A stretch of 64,000 nucleotides of DNA from Octopus vulgaris (lineage: Eukaryota). Below, in pieces: positions 41,781 through 53,417 of this stretch. The translations under genes and the position numbers were made by a program. Below the pieces are notes generated by a model, which saw only the letters and a list, made by a program, of their open reading frames with translations, was not told the DNA's origin and did no database searches. Location of the stretch: the NCBI GenBank assembly GCA_951406725.2, contig OX597815.1, positions 120,342,001-120,406,000 on the forward strand, written 5' to 3'. Within the stretch, counting starts at the first letter, position 1. Each line of letters begins with the position of its first letter.

Positions 41781-42189
41781 CCATGGACGGAATTTATAAA
41801 TATTTTAATGCAGCACTCCGCACGTTTCCACAAATCTTACGATCATAGTATTCCTGGGATGATTACACTACAATCCGTCGTATCCATTGACAGCGGGTGG
41901 ATCTGACTTCATGCCTTCGTTTCATCAGGCGGTATGGCATTGAAGTTGGAAGCAACGAATGTATAATTGAAGGATGAAAACTGATAAACATCCTTTAGGT
42001 TATACATTCGTTGCTTCCAAATTTAATGCCATACCGCCAGATGAAATGACGGCATGAAGTCGATCCACCTGATATCAATGGATACTCTGAATTGTGTAAT
42101 CATCCCAGGAATTCGGTGCGTGATAGTTTGAAACATGAGACTCGCGCGTAGCGATGCATTAAAATATTTATAAATTCCATTCATGGATT
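41779..42189. repeat. Diverged inverted repeat with degenerate hammerhead motifs in the arms
   Basis: About 185-bp arms; CUGAUGA...GAAAC on the minus arm, CAGAUGA...GAAAC..GUA on the plus arm. Confidence 0.7.
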
Positions 42190-42225
42190 ATATATGTGTA
42201 CATATATGTGTGTGTATATATATAT

Positions 42226-42557
42226 ATAAATTAGAAAAAAACACCTTTTATCAATTCAAAATGAACAATTACATTACACCATCTAGAAAATCACATATAA
42301 TAGAAATATTAAAATTAAAATAACAATAATATACCAAAGATTAAGTAAATTGCAAAAAAATTAATAAAAACGTATATATTTGGTAGAATAACGACAAGTG
42401 TTTCGTGGCTATATTTATTACCTTTTGCAATTTACATTATCTTCGGTATATTATTGTTATTTTAATTTCAATATTTCTATTATATGTAATTTTCTAGATG
42501 GTGTAATTTAATTGTTCATTTTGAATTGATAAAAGTTGTTTTTTTCTAATTTTTATA
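42226..42557. repeat. AT-rich inverted repeat, about 130-bp arms
   Basis: ttagaaaaaaacacc...aattgcaaaa / ttttgcaatt...tttttctaa. Confidence 0.85.
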
Positions 42558-42648
42558 TATATATATATATTATATTTTGTGAAATTTGATTTAGTATTTC
42601 TAAATTGAATTTTTCCCTGTAAGTTAGGAATAATATTCCCTCAAATAA

Positions 42649-42702
<54 letters not shown>

Positions 42703-43592
42703 ATGTAAGTATATGAAGTATATGCGTATGTGTTTGTGGGGGGGGGGCGCTAAACTTTATACAGAGCATGGTACATATAACCAAGCCATACTCACTTGCG
42801 AGTGATGGCTGAGAGAATTACATATTCACTAAAAACAAAAATTATATTTCCTCTACTTTGCGAAATTTTTTCAATTATCTGAATGGAAATGATAATTTTC
42901 AATTATAAAACGTACAAAAAGTCACATTAATCAAGATTTAAGACTATAAGTAGTACACTGTTTTATAATCAGAAGAAAACTGCTTTGCTTGCCCTTCACT
43001 AACAGTTTACACTCCATTAAGCATATTTAATTGAAGTTATAAGAAAATAAGAACTTAAAAGTAGGTTGGATGCTTTATGATTGAAACGTAGCTAGGTGTC
43101 AAAGGTTTGGAATATAAAAAGCCGAGAAGGACATTAAATGACTTTATATCTTCTTTTTCTTTCTTTTAAAGTATACTATAAAAGAATGTTATTTACTGTA
43201 ATCCGGGATCTATCTAACATCAGTCACATCTCTGGCCAGATAAATTTTCAATCCGCCCACAATGAGTCATTAACTGGAACCATGCAGGGCTTTTCATCCT
43301 GCAGACAATTATCCTGAGTGTTTTAAATTATCTTTGGTTTCACATGTGCAGACCTGTGTTGAAGGGGTTTTCTATCTTACCCTTAAAGATACCCGATTTA
43401 CAGCGACCACGAGAGAGAAAAAGTAAAAAAAGAAAAATGAAAAAAAAAAAACGTAAAATTATTGTTTCTCTATATTTCACAATTATTCGGAACCTAATCA
43501 CATATTTTATTAAAACTTTCGAGTTAAGTTGATGTAGTAGCGGTAATCTTTCAGTTCCGCAGAGTTAATACTTCACAAGTTTAAAATATTTT

Positions 43593-43666
<74 letters not shown>

Positions 43667-43914
43667 TTGTGGTATTCTTTTACTTGTTTCAGTCATTAGA
43701 CCGTGACCATGCTGGAATACCACCTTAAAGCGTTTTAGTCGAATAAATCGACCCCAGGGCTTATTCTTTCTCAGATTAGTACTTATTCTATCGGTCTCTT
43801 TCGCCGGACTGCTTGGATCACAAGGAAGTAAAATTATCAAGCCTGGTTACCAAGCAATGCTGGGAGGACAAATAGAGACAAAAACACATACATACATACA
43901 TACATACATACATG

Positions 43915-44005
<91 letters not shown>

Positions 44006-44075
44006 GAGGACTCAGTTTCTGTTGACGAAATCCAGTTGCAAAACTTTAGTCTGCCCGAAGCTGTAGTAGAAGACA

Positions 44076-44115
<40 letters not shown>

Positions 44116-44116
<1 letters not shown>

Positions 44117-45078
44117 TAGCAGTATAGCCCGGCTTTGCTCGGGATTAAGTTATGATTATTAAGCTAATCAAGCTCTTTATTTCAAACCAAACTAAGTAAC
44201 ATCGACGTCAAGTTTGAACGAAATCCGTTGAAATTGGTAAACTTTTGGCTGGAAATGAGTTGCAGACAATTTGAATGGGAAGTCCAATAAGGAATCCGTT
44301 TATCGATTTTTTTTATCAGGATTAAATGGAAAACTCCACAAGGAATGAGTTTATTGATTTTTCACTCCAAATAGAACTTAACCGAAAACAACATTGCTGA
44401 TTCAAAAACATCTATATTTATACTTTAAATTTGGTTTTCATACCCAACCCAGTTCTGCAGGATCAGTGTCGCGACAGGAGTTTCATGGTTTGGGAGTTTG
44501 ATCGGCAGAGGTGATCAGGTTCCATATGCCAGTACTTTTGAAAAACACCCCCATCATGCAACCCCCTTTTCCCATGGGTTGGGAACCCTTCCAGCATTCT
44601 ATTTTCTTTGCTGGAAGGGTTCCCAACCCATGGGAAAAGGGGGGTTGCACACAAACATATACGTACATACATTTATTGCATACATGTTTTTTGTACGCCC
44701 TTGCCCCTGCCTCTGCCTCTGTCCCACCACCACCTCCTGCCCGAGTAATACCATCAACTGAGGCAAATTTGGCACCCCGGCGTAAGTTTTGTAAGAGGAA
44801 TAAAAAGGCCTACCTTCTCCCGCAGAGATGTGACAGTCAAATCTCTCCTTTCAAAAACACCGTCGCTAGAAGGGTACTTAACACATATTTGCAAAAGATG
44901 GTGTATTTCTCCGACTTGAAAATTGTTAGAAGTTATGGTTCAAAATTTTTTTACCGCTATTCGCTGGTGTCTCGGGGGAAAATGATTTGATGAAAATACA
45001 GCTAGGGTCGTGACGAATGTCCTCCTAAAATTTGAGCGACATGCGTGCTAATTTGTAGATGTGCATAAATTACATTCA

Positions 45079-45133
<55 letters not shown>

Positions 45134-45166
45134 GAACAAACACATCCTGCCTTTTATATATACAGA
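44116..45166 (-). mobile_element. Non-autonomous Helitron
   Basis: Minus strand begins TCTGTATATATAAAA and ends with a CCCGAGC/GCCGGG hairpin plus CTAG; A|T site. Confidence 0.8.
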
Positions 45167-46111
45167 TATATATACTTTACCCTTTTACTTGTTTCAGACA
45201 TTTGACTGCAGCCATGGTGAAGCACCGCCTTTAGTCGAGCAAATCGACCTCAGAATTTATTCTTTGGGAGCGTAGTACTTATTCTATCGGTCTGTTTTGC
45301 CGAACTGCTAAGTTATGGGGACGTAAACACACCACCATCGGTTGCCAAGCGATGTTGGGGTGACAAACACAGACACACAAACATATACACACGCATACAT
45401 ATATACGACAGGCTTTTTTCAGTTTCCGTCAAGCAAATCCACTCACAAAGCTTTGGTCGGCCCGCAAAATTTTGTTTGAAAATAGTGTTTCAACAATATT
45501 GTTTCTGTCAAGGAGTACCTATGAGAAGAAAATTGGAATGCTTTTTTAACTGTTTTACAATTGCGTTAAAATTTTGGCCTGGAGTACCGAGTGGCCTTTG
45601 CTGTGTTTTGAACTGTTGCTCTCTCTTCATCTTTCTTTTATTTAAAAAATACTCTTTACTGAACTGTTAATTTTTTTCTCTCCTTCCTTTTTTTCCTCTT
45701 CCTTTTTTTTCCTTAATTTAAGCCAGCGATTAAGTTTATCACTCGGGGGTCAAATACGCAACCGTGTGGTTGCTGTTTGACTCCCCAGAAGTGGTTCGTG
45801 AATTTACGAGCCAGCCCATGGACGGCAATGAAATTGTGTTTCTTTTCAACAATTTTCACAATCAAGTGAGAAAAAATTTTTCACTCAGCCTCAGGCAGAC
45901 TAGAATCCGGTGAGGACTTCTTGTTTGTAAAAATAATTGCGACAGAGAACAGGTTCCCACTAGACAGAAAAAAGTCTTACCTTACAGCTGAGTTTCAAAT
46001 GTTTTCAATTTAAGACGGCTTCAAAAGCATGTCTTACATCTTCGGTGTCAAATACATCTCTAATTCGCACATGCGCAATGAGGTAGCAAGCACTTGGTAA
46101 GCAAGCTACTT

Positions 46112-48418
46112 TATTTCATATAATTTGCCACAAGGGCATTACACAGAGTAAGAAGCTTGTGGGCTGGATGTAGACAAAATGAGATGAAATGAAAATCTCT
46201 CTATATATATAAAGCTGAAGTTGTCTGTGTATGGGAGGTTTGGTAGCCTTCAAGTAACACTATCTCCTCAGAGGCCCTGCGGCGCAAGTTGACCAAAATT
46301 GAGAGTATGATAGAAGAAGGCTTGCTCTGCCTTCCGTAGGAGAAAAAATTCAAATCGGACCATGTTAACACCAAAAATTATTAACATCAAAAAGGTGCTT
46401 TTTTTCTATGAAAACTCCTATTTTTTTACCATTTTTTGACTGCTGTGTCGCCATTTTTCGGTGTATTTCAACTAGAAAAATGTTCACTTAAAGGGGATAA
46501 CAAGCTACATAATGCAAAATGTTAACTTTTAAACAATTTCAATTCTAAAGTGTCGAAACAAACCCGAACAACGCCGGGCGATACTGCTAGTATAATGATA
46601 AAGATGAGAGGGATGTCGGCGCCCACCGACCAACAAGCACTCGAATACAATTTTTTTAATGCAAAAATTCAGAAATATCAATACAAATAAGGTCAATCCT
46701 CCTCATCAAAACCCCCAAGTCGGGTCCCGTGAAGAGGAAAGCAAACTCTTTCCTGTCAAAGGTCGCTATGACCCTTGATAGAATTTTATGTTCTATTACC
46801 TCCGCAGACACCTGCGGAGGTCATATTGGACTGCCTATGCAGTCCAAGTACCTACGGTCTCGGTCGCTCAGGCCGTCCAAAACTTCTCCCACACGCCCTC
46901 CCTCGTGATAAAGGAGGACAAATTCCTCCTCCTTCTCCTGACGGGAAGGAGCCTATAACTGCTCCGTCAGTGGCACATTTCCCACTGACGGAGCCTTTTC
47001 TGCTGGTGGCACATATACCACCGGTAGTTCAGTCGGCGGCACAGGGATATCTGCCGATTGTCCTCTGCTCCTCTTTTTTCTCTTCGTGCGGGCAAATTCC
47101 TTCACGACTTCCACCGTCTCCTCTGCCACAGGGGGTGGGGTGGGCACCTTACTTTCTTGTGCTTGGGCGATGTTACGGCCCCGGGGGCAGTCCTTCCTAA
47201 TGTGACCTGGCTCCAGGCACGAGTGACACTTGGGGGGAGAGATCCTCAAGTATCACCGGATACCTGCAGCCAGCCATTTTTAGGAAGTCCGGGAATACCA
47301 TTTCGCCTGCGGCCGATGGGGTCCATAAGGTCAAAATTGCTTTTGACCCCTCCCAGTCGACCGCTGGCGTCATTCTCACATTTAAAAGCCTGGGCCCGCC
47401 CTCCCCCAGGCCCTGCCGGATGGTATAACCAATCCATCCTGCTTCTGTGCTCGGGGGTTGCCCACATACCCAGGCTTTTATCACCCTCCTCCCACAATAA
47501 GTGGGGAGGAACAAAATTTCTTGCCCCTCAAGGGGCTCGCTGGCAAATCTGCCAGCTTCCTCGAGGGTACCAAACAGCAACCAGACCGTTGCAAATTTGG
47601 TCCCCCATGAAATAAATTTTATAGTTGGCAGCTAGTCTGCCAACCCTTTCTCGATCACAATCTTGTCGAATAGGGAGATGGCACCATGCGACTTAGAATA
47701 GGTCCGTAGCACCACCGTCCTCTTCTCAAGATCTTTAATACACTGTTTGGGAGGGACAACTTCCCACTCCAAAACAGCGGCACCGTTTATTTTTGCCATG
47801 TGCAAAAAGAAGTCTTGAAAGTTCTAAGTTCAAAGAAAAAGTCCAAAAAAAGGTACACAAAAAGTTAACAGAAACAGTCAAAAATTAAAACAAAGTCCAA
47901 AAAATAAATAAACAGTTCAAAAAGAAAGAAAGAATCAGGAAAGCTAGACGGAAAAAAGAAAAACAATTCATTCAGCAAAAATCCTATTTCCTGGCCAACT
48001 GGAACTCCCGGCCAAATGTGGATAGGGTCCTTGGTATGAAACTTTTTTTCTGGTAATTGGTAAAATAAATCCAATAAATCCAAACACAATACTGGCTACA
48101 GCCAACGGTAACTTCATCAGCAACTGTATAGGTTCTAATCATTCGAGCGAGGATACGTCCCCCTTTTTTTTTCCACAATAAATCCACAATATACAAAAAC
48201 AGCAGTCGTCGAGAGCTGGCGAAATTGTCCCAAAGCTGGGCAAAATTTATTAACAAAAAATTACAATATAAGATATTACGCCCAGCTCAGATAAAACAAA
48301 ACTAACTACCGCGCCGAACTCCTCTGTTTTTGTTCTTTTTTCTTGTAATTAGATAGAGCTAACAAGCTCATGTCCACTCTGGTAAAGCTGGAAGAAGTCG
48401 ACTAACTGCGCATGTGCG
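46112..48418 (-). mobile_element. ORF1-only L1/Tx1-like retroelement with a decayed CCHC zinc-knuckle ORF (about 47799-46690)
   Basis: PPKCHSCLEPGHIRKDCP; flanked by TSD gcaagctactt (46101 and 48422); no RT seen inside. Confidence 0.7.
46196..46590 (+). mobile_element. Non-autonomous Helitron nested in the element above
   Basis: A|TCTCTCTATATATATAAAG start; CCCG..CGGG hairpin plus CTAG|T end. Confidence 0.85.
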
Positions 48419-48704
48419 TATGCAAGCTACTTACCACACAGCCATACACATATTTTTTCCATACGAGACGCAAGCATAGATAAAAAAATTTGCTTCACAA
48501 CCACGTGGTTTCGAGTTCATTCCTGCTGCAGGGCAAGTGGCTTCTACTATAGCCTCGGGCCAACCAATGTCTTGTTAGTGAATTTAGTAGCAATAAAATG
48601 AAGTTTTGATTTCGAAATCGTTTAATACATATGTTTCGGCTTTGCAATAGGAAATGTATCTATTTAGTAAACCTTCCTCGCGGGCACCGCTCCTGAGCTT
48701 AACA

Positions 48705-48866
<162 letters not shown>

Positions 48867-49241
48867 TGGAAGGGTGTATGCACGTCTTTGTGTTTAATGT
48901 CACTACGTCTCCGTAAACTAGCAATTTGGCAAAAGAAATTAATAGCTGCTATTCCCATACATTTATTATTGGTGGTGTATCCCTGGACAAGGTTTAGGTC
49001 GTTATGAAGCTACAAATGCTGCAAGTCTTTTATGGATTAAACTTGTTATATTTTTATTTCTCGGAGCTGAATGGGAAAGAGAGTAATTTAATATAACAGC
49101 TGTAATTGTGTTTTTATGTTGTAACCGTTTAGATATTAGGTGGTGATTTTTTCAAGCAGTGGAAAGGATCACGATGGTTGAAACACTAAGTTATAACAAA
49201 CTGCCCATCGTCACTGTCTTTCACTTTCAATATTCTTTTAA

Positions 49242-49640
49242 AAGTAGTGTAGCTGCAGACCCGCTGCCAGATTTTGGCGCCTGGGGGTGCTTCAGAATAT
49301 TCTGGGTGGGCACGTATTTGAAATTATTAGATTATTATCTTGCTTCCAACTTCAGTGTTGCTGCCAGGATTTGAAAAATAGGGCAGATTTCCCCCCGCCT
49401 TATTTTGTGATCTAGGGTTTGTTTTTGAAAAACAAGGGGGAATTCGCGGCGGTGTTCAGTGAACAAATTAAACACACTATCGGCATTGGCTAAAACACGA
49501 ACCGATCAAGTTTATGTATAAATATTCTTTTTATGTGTTTGCTTATATATTTTATAAAAGACGCTATTTTAAAAAAATGTGCACGCAGGGAACGGTCGCT
49601 CCTCTTGCTCCTTTTTGTTCCCCTATAAGTTACGCCACTG
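49242..49640. mobile_element. Possible MITE with CAGTGGCGTA-type termini
   Basis: agtagtgtagct ... agttacgccactg. Confidence 0.4.
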
Positions 49641-50223
49641 AGCTAAGGTATCCTGATGCTTCTGAGCAGAAGGAAGACAATGAATCTGCTCGCTGTTACT
49701 TTAGTATAACGCGGAGCCACTGATTTAGGATTGGAGTTGATATGCAGTTGTGAATATGGGAAAATAGTAGGAAAAAGTGAGTGCGGTATCACTTTTGTGT
49801 ATGAAGTTGTGGGGATATGTGTAAAGATTGCGTATGTATAGATTAAGAAGAATAGGTGAGAGGAAGGATCTTTGCGGTAGTCCATTCGGAAAATTACAAA
49901 GAAGTGTTGCTTGGCGATCTGTTAAATTTATGGTTATTCTATGAAGTATTTATATGTGCTAACAGGATGTGTAAGCTTTAAATGTAATAGCATATTTAAT
50001 TACGAAACTGATAACCAGTTAGGAATGTGAACACATATAACTGTCTCAGTTTATGCTTCAATTAATTCACATGCTCGTCAGTGATCTCAGTTTAATTTGT
50101 TGCCGGTCGCATTGTAAGTTAAGCTTGACTAATCGCTTTGCATCGCATCCAACCTTCTGATCAAACATAGACATGTTTACACTGCTTTCTTTTTCAATCT
50201 ACTGACATTATTTGTTCGCAACT

Positions 50224-50620
50224 AAGGCGGTGAAGTGACAGAATTGTTAGCACGCCGGGCAAAATGCTTAGTGGTATTTCGTCTGCCGTTACGTTCTGAG
50301 TTCAAATTCCGCCGAGGTCGACTTTGTCTTACATCCTTTCGGGGTCGATTAATTAAGTACCAGTTACGCACTGGAGCCGATATAATCGACTTAATCCGTT
50401 TGTCTGTCCTTGTTTGTCCTCTCTGTGTTTAGCCCCTTGTGGGTAATAAAGAAATAGGTATTTCGTCCGTCTTTACGTTCTGAGTTCAAATTCTGCCGAG
50501 GTCGACTTCGCCTTTCGTTCTTTCGGGGTCGATGAAATAGTGCTAGTTACGTACTGGAGCCGATATAATCGACTAGTCCTGCCCTCCAAATTTCAGTCCT
50601 TGTGCCTTTCGAAGAAACGA
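50224..50620 (+). mobile_element. SINE S1, partial tandem form
   Basis: 16-bp TSD ttatttgttcgcaact on both sides. Confidence 0.88.
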
Positions 50621-50976
50621 TTATTTGTTCGCAACTCCTGATAAGAGTGTCACTTTTTTTTTATGATGACAAGGGTAAGAGGTGAGATTTGAAGTCAGTA
50701 CGCACAGATCCGCAACAAATGATTAAACATTTTTTATAAAATTATTAAACGAAGAACAGATTACATATAAACACATATAAAAGAGCCAATATTGGAATCT
50801 CTCTGCGATTGCTCAATTATACCCAACCATTTAAAAAAAAAGACATTAGTTGATGAAGTTCAACAAATGACAATGACTTCAAACAACAAGGGTTGGTCAT
50901 GATTAGATTGCCTTTGAACGTATGACTGCTGGATCTAGGCTGGTGTAGGGCTAAACTCATGCACGCACACACACAC

Positions 50977-51040
<64 letters not shown>

Positions 51041-51242
51041 ATTTACAGATACACACAAACGTAGATACATACATATATGTATATATGTATCTACGTATGT
51101 ATACATGAGGTAATATAAACAGATAATTTTTTATAATATAAACTTAAAATTATTCACAAATCGAACCATACTCCTATATTCCAGACAACAGCGTTATCGA
51201 TTATACCAAGACGCCCCGAAATAACCTAAACCATAAAATGCG

Positions 51243-51274
<32 letters not shown>

Positions 51275-51302
51275 TTCTCTCTCTCTCACTCTCTCTCTCT
51301 CA

Positions 51303-51372
<70 letters not shown>

Positions 51373-51452
51373 AGATAGCGAGAGAGAGAGAGGGAGAGAG
51401 AGAATGAGAGAGAAAAGCGTTAAGCAGTGATGTGCATAAATACAACTTGTTA

Positions 51453-51676
51453 CCAGTTCAAATATGCTTGATGCATATTCGAACTCGTATAAAAGCTATC
51501 CACTCTATTTTGTCATAGAGAAAATTTCTCGCTAACTAACTAGTCTGGTTAGGGAGCCCTGTGAATTGACTCTGTGTGTTTAAACCTATCTGATTACACT
51601 GAGAAATTTTCTCCATGACAAAATACAGTGAATGACTTTCTTAGGGTTCGAATATGCCTGAAGCAATTTGGACTGA
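51453..51676. repeat. Imperfect inverted repeat
   Basis: catattcgaac...tattttgtcatagagaaaatttctc / gagaaattttctccatgacaaaata...gttcgaatatg. Confidence 0.7.
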
Positions 51677-52089
51677 TGACCGAACTGGTTACGTTTTTCC
51701 GAGCTCCGAGCTCTACTCCCCCACCCCTGTCTATAATCCTTTAGGACAGATTTTCATTTCTCCTTCGCGTTACCAATTTTTGTCTTGTCTTGCAGCCCTA
51801 AGGATTTTTGTGGTATATGTATTATTTTAATTGTCTTCGTATGGCTCTAAGTCTACTAACGGTCTCGTTTCGAGCCCGTCTCGTTTTGTTATGTTTGGGT
51901 CCCATTCGCGTTAAGTTTTTTGCCGGCGCCTCCAGAATGGTAGCAACGTTATCGATAATTGCCGGAATTGCGCTCGACCTTCCGACCGATAATTGAAGAG
52001 GAGTTGGTGACCTGTTTTTCCGTTCTTCTGTGTATTTGGTAGATGTTTGTATGTTAGTTTACTACACATTTTAAAAATTATATATATAT

Positions 52090-52153
<64 letters not shown>

Positions 52154-52201
52154 ATATTTCGGAATGGTCATATTGCCAGTTTAGCCAATAAATATTTAAA
52201 C

Positions 52202-52237
<36 letters not shown>

Positions 52238-52375
52238 TTTTTTCGTTCGGCGTCAACAGCCCTTCTTATCTTGTTTTTCCCTGTCCCGTCTTTTACTGTT
52301 ATATTTTTTTACTGTTTATATTTTTGTACTGTCGTTACTGTCCTGTTTTTTTACCATTTTTTTACCATTTTTTAC

Positions 52376-52506
52376 CCCTCTGCGAAAAGATCTCAGAATT
52401 CTAATTGATTTGCTTTTCGCAGGAAGGAAAGTTTCTTGTCGAAGATACGTCTCGCTTTTATCCTTCGAAACGTAGAGTAGATGAAACCTTAGCGACTGAA
52501 GAAGGG
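52376..52506 (+). ncRNA. Non-circularly permuted hammerhead candidate, family A, intact core
   Basis: UACGU-C 52446-51, UCGCU/AGCGA stem I, GAAGGA/UCCUUC stem II, GAAA-CGUA 52467-74, CUGAAGA 52496-52502. Confidence 0.8.
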
Positions 52507-52714
52507 TTTTTTTCGTTGTGCTAATTGTCCTGTACTCCATTTTTTGTTGTTTTTTAAAAAATGTCCAGTTCCTTTGGTTTGTGTCTATGTTTTCGTTTCT
52601 CTTTGTGTTCGACGTCCCTTTGGTGTCCTGTACTCATATATGCGTGTATATGTACATGTAGAGGTAGGTACGTACATATATGTTTATATATATGCATATG
52701 TTTTATTTCATTTA

Positions 52715-52763
<49 letters not shown>

Positions 52764-52942
52764 TAAATATACATACATATAGGCACAGGAGTGGCTGTGT
52801 AGTAAGAAGCTTGCTTCCCAACCACATGGCTCCGGGTTCAGTCCCACTGCGTGGCACCTTGGACAAGTGTCTTCTACTATAGCCTCGAGCCGACCAAAGC
52901 TCTGTGTGTAGATTTGATAGACGGAAACTGAAAAAAGTCCGT

Positions 52943-53003
<61 letters not shown>

Positions 53004-53047
53004 TATATATAAATGAAAGAATGGAGTCGAACGAAAATGTTAAGAAA

Positions 53048-53145
53048 ATTCCTTTACTCTCGACATATGTTTCGAAGACCACATGGTTTCATTCCAAAGG
53101 AATAAAGGGTGTATGATGCAATCTTCTCGTCAGGAAAGAAAGGGA
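53048..53145 (-). ncRNA. Type I hammerhead in the inverted pLTR, intact
   Basis: CUUUC-CUGACGA-GAAGAUUGCAU..AUGUGGUCUUC-GAAA-C-AUAU-GUC-GAGAG. Confidence 0.85.
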
Positions 53146-53417
53146 GCCTCTCTCGGCAACAAGACAAAAATTTCGATGACTGTCTACATGGTAAACAAAA
53201 ATATTAGATAAGTATATCCCTATATTAATTAATAAATTAAAACTTAGCTTATGGTCCAATTCTGTTCAAGTCGTAGATTGGTTCACTTCTATTACTGATA
53301 AGGCCAGCACTAAATTTATCCAATTCGATATATCTAGTTTCTATTCTTCAATCAACCCTATTATACTTAATAAGGCCCTATGGCACGCACACAATAAGGC
53401 AGGCCTCTTCAATTAAT

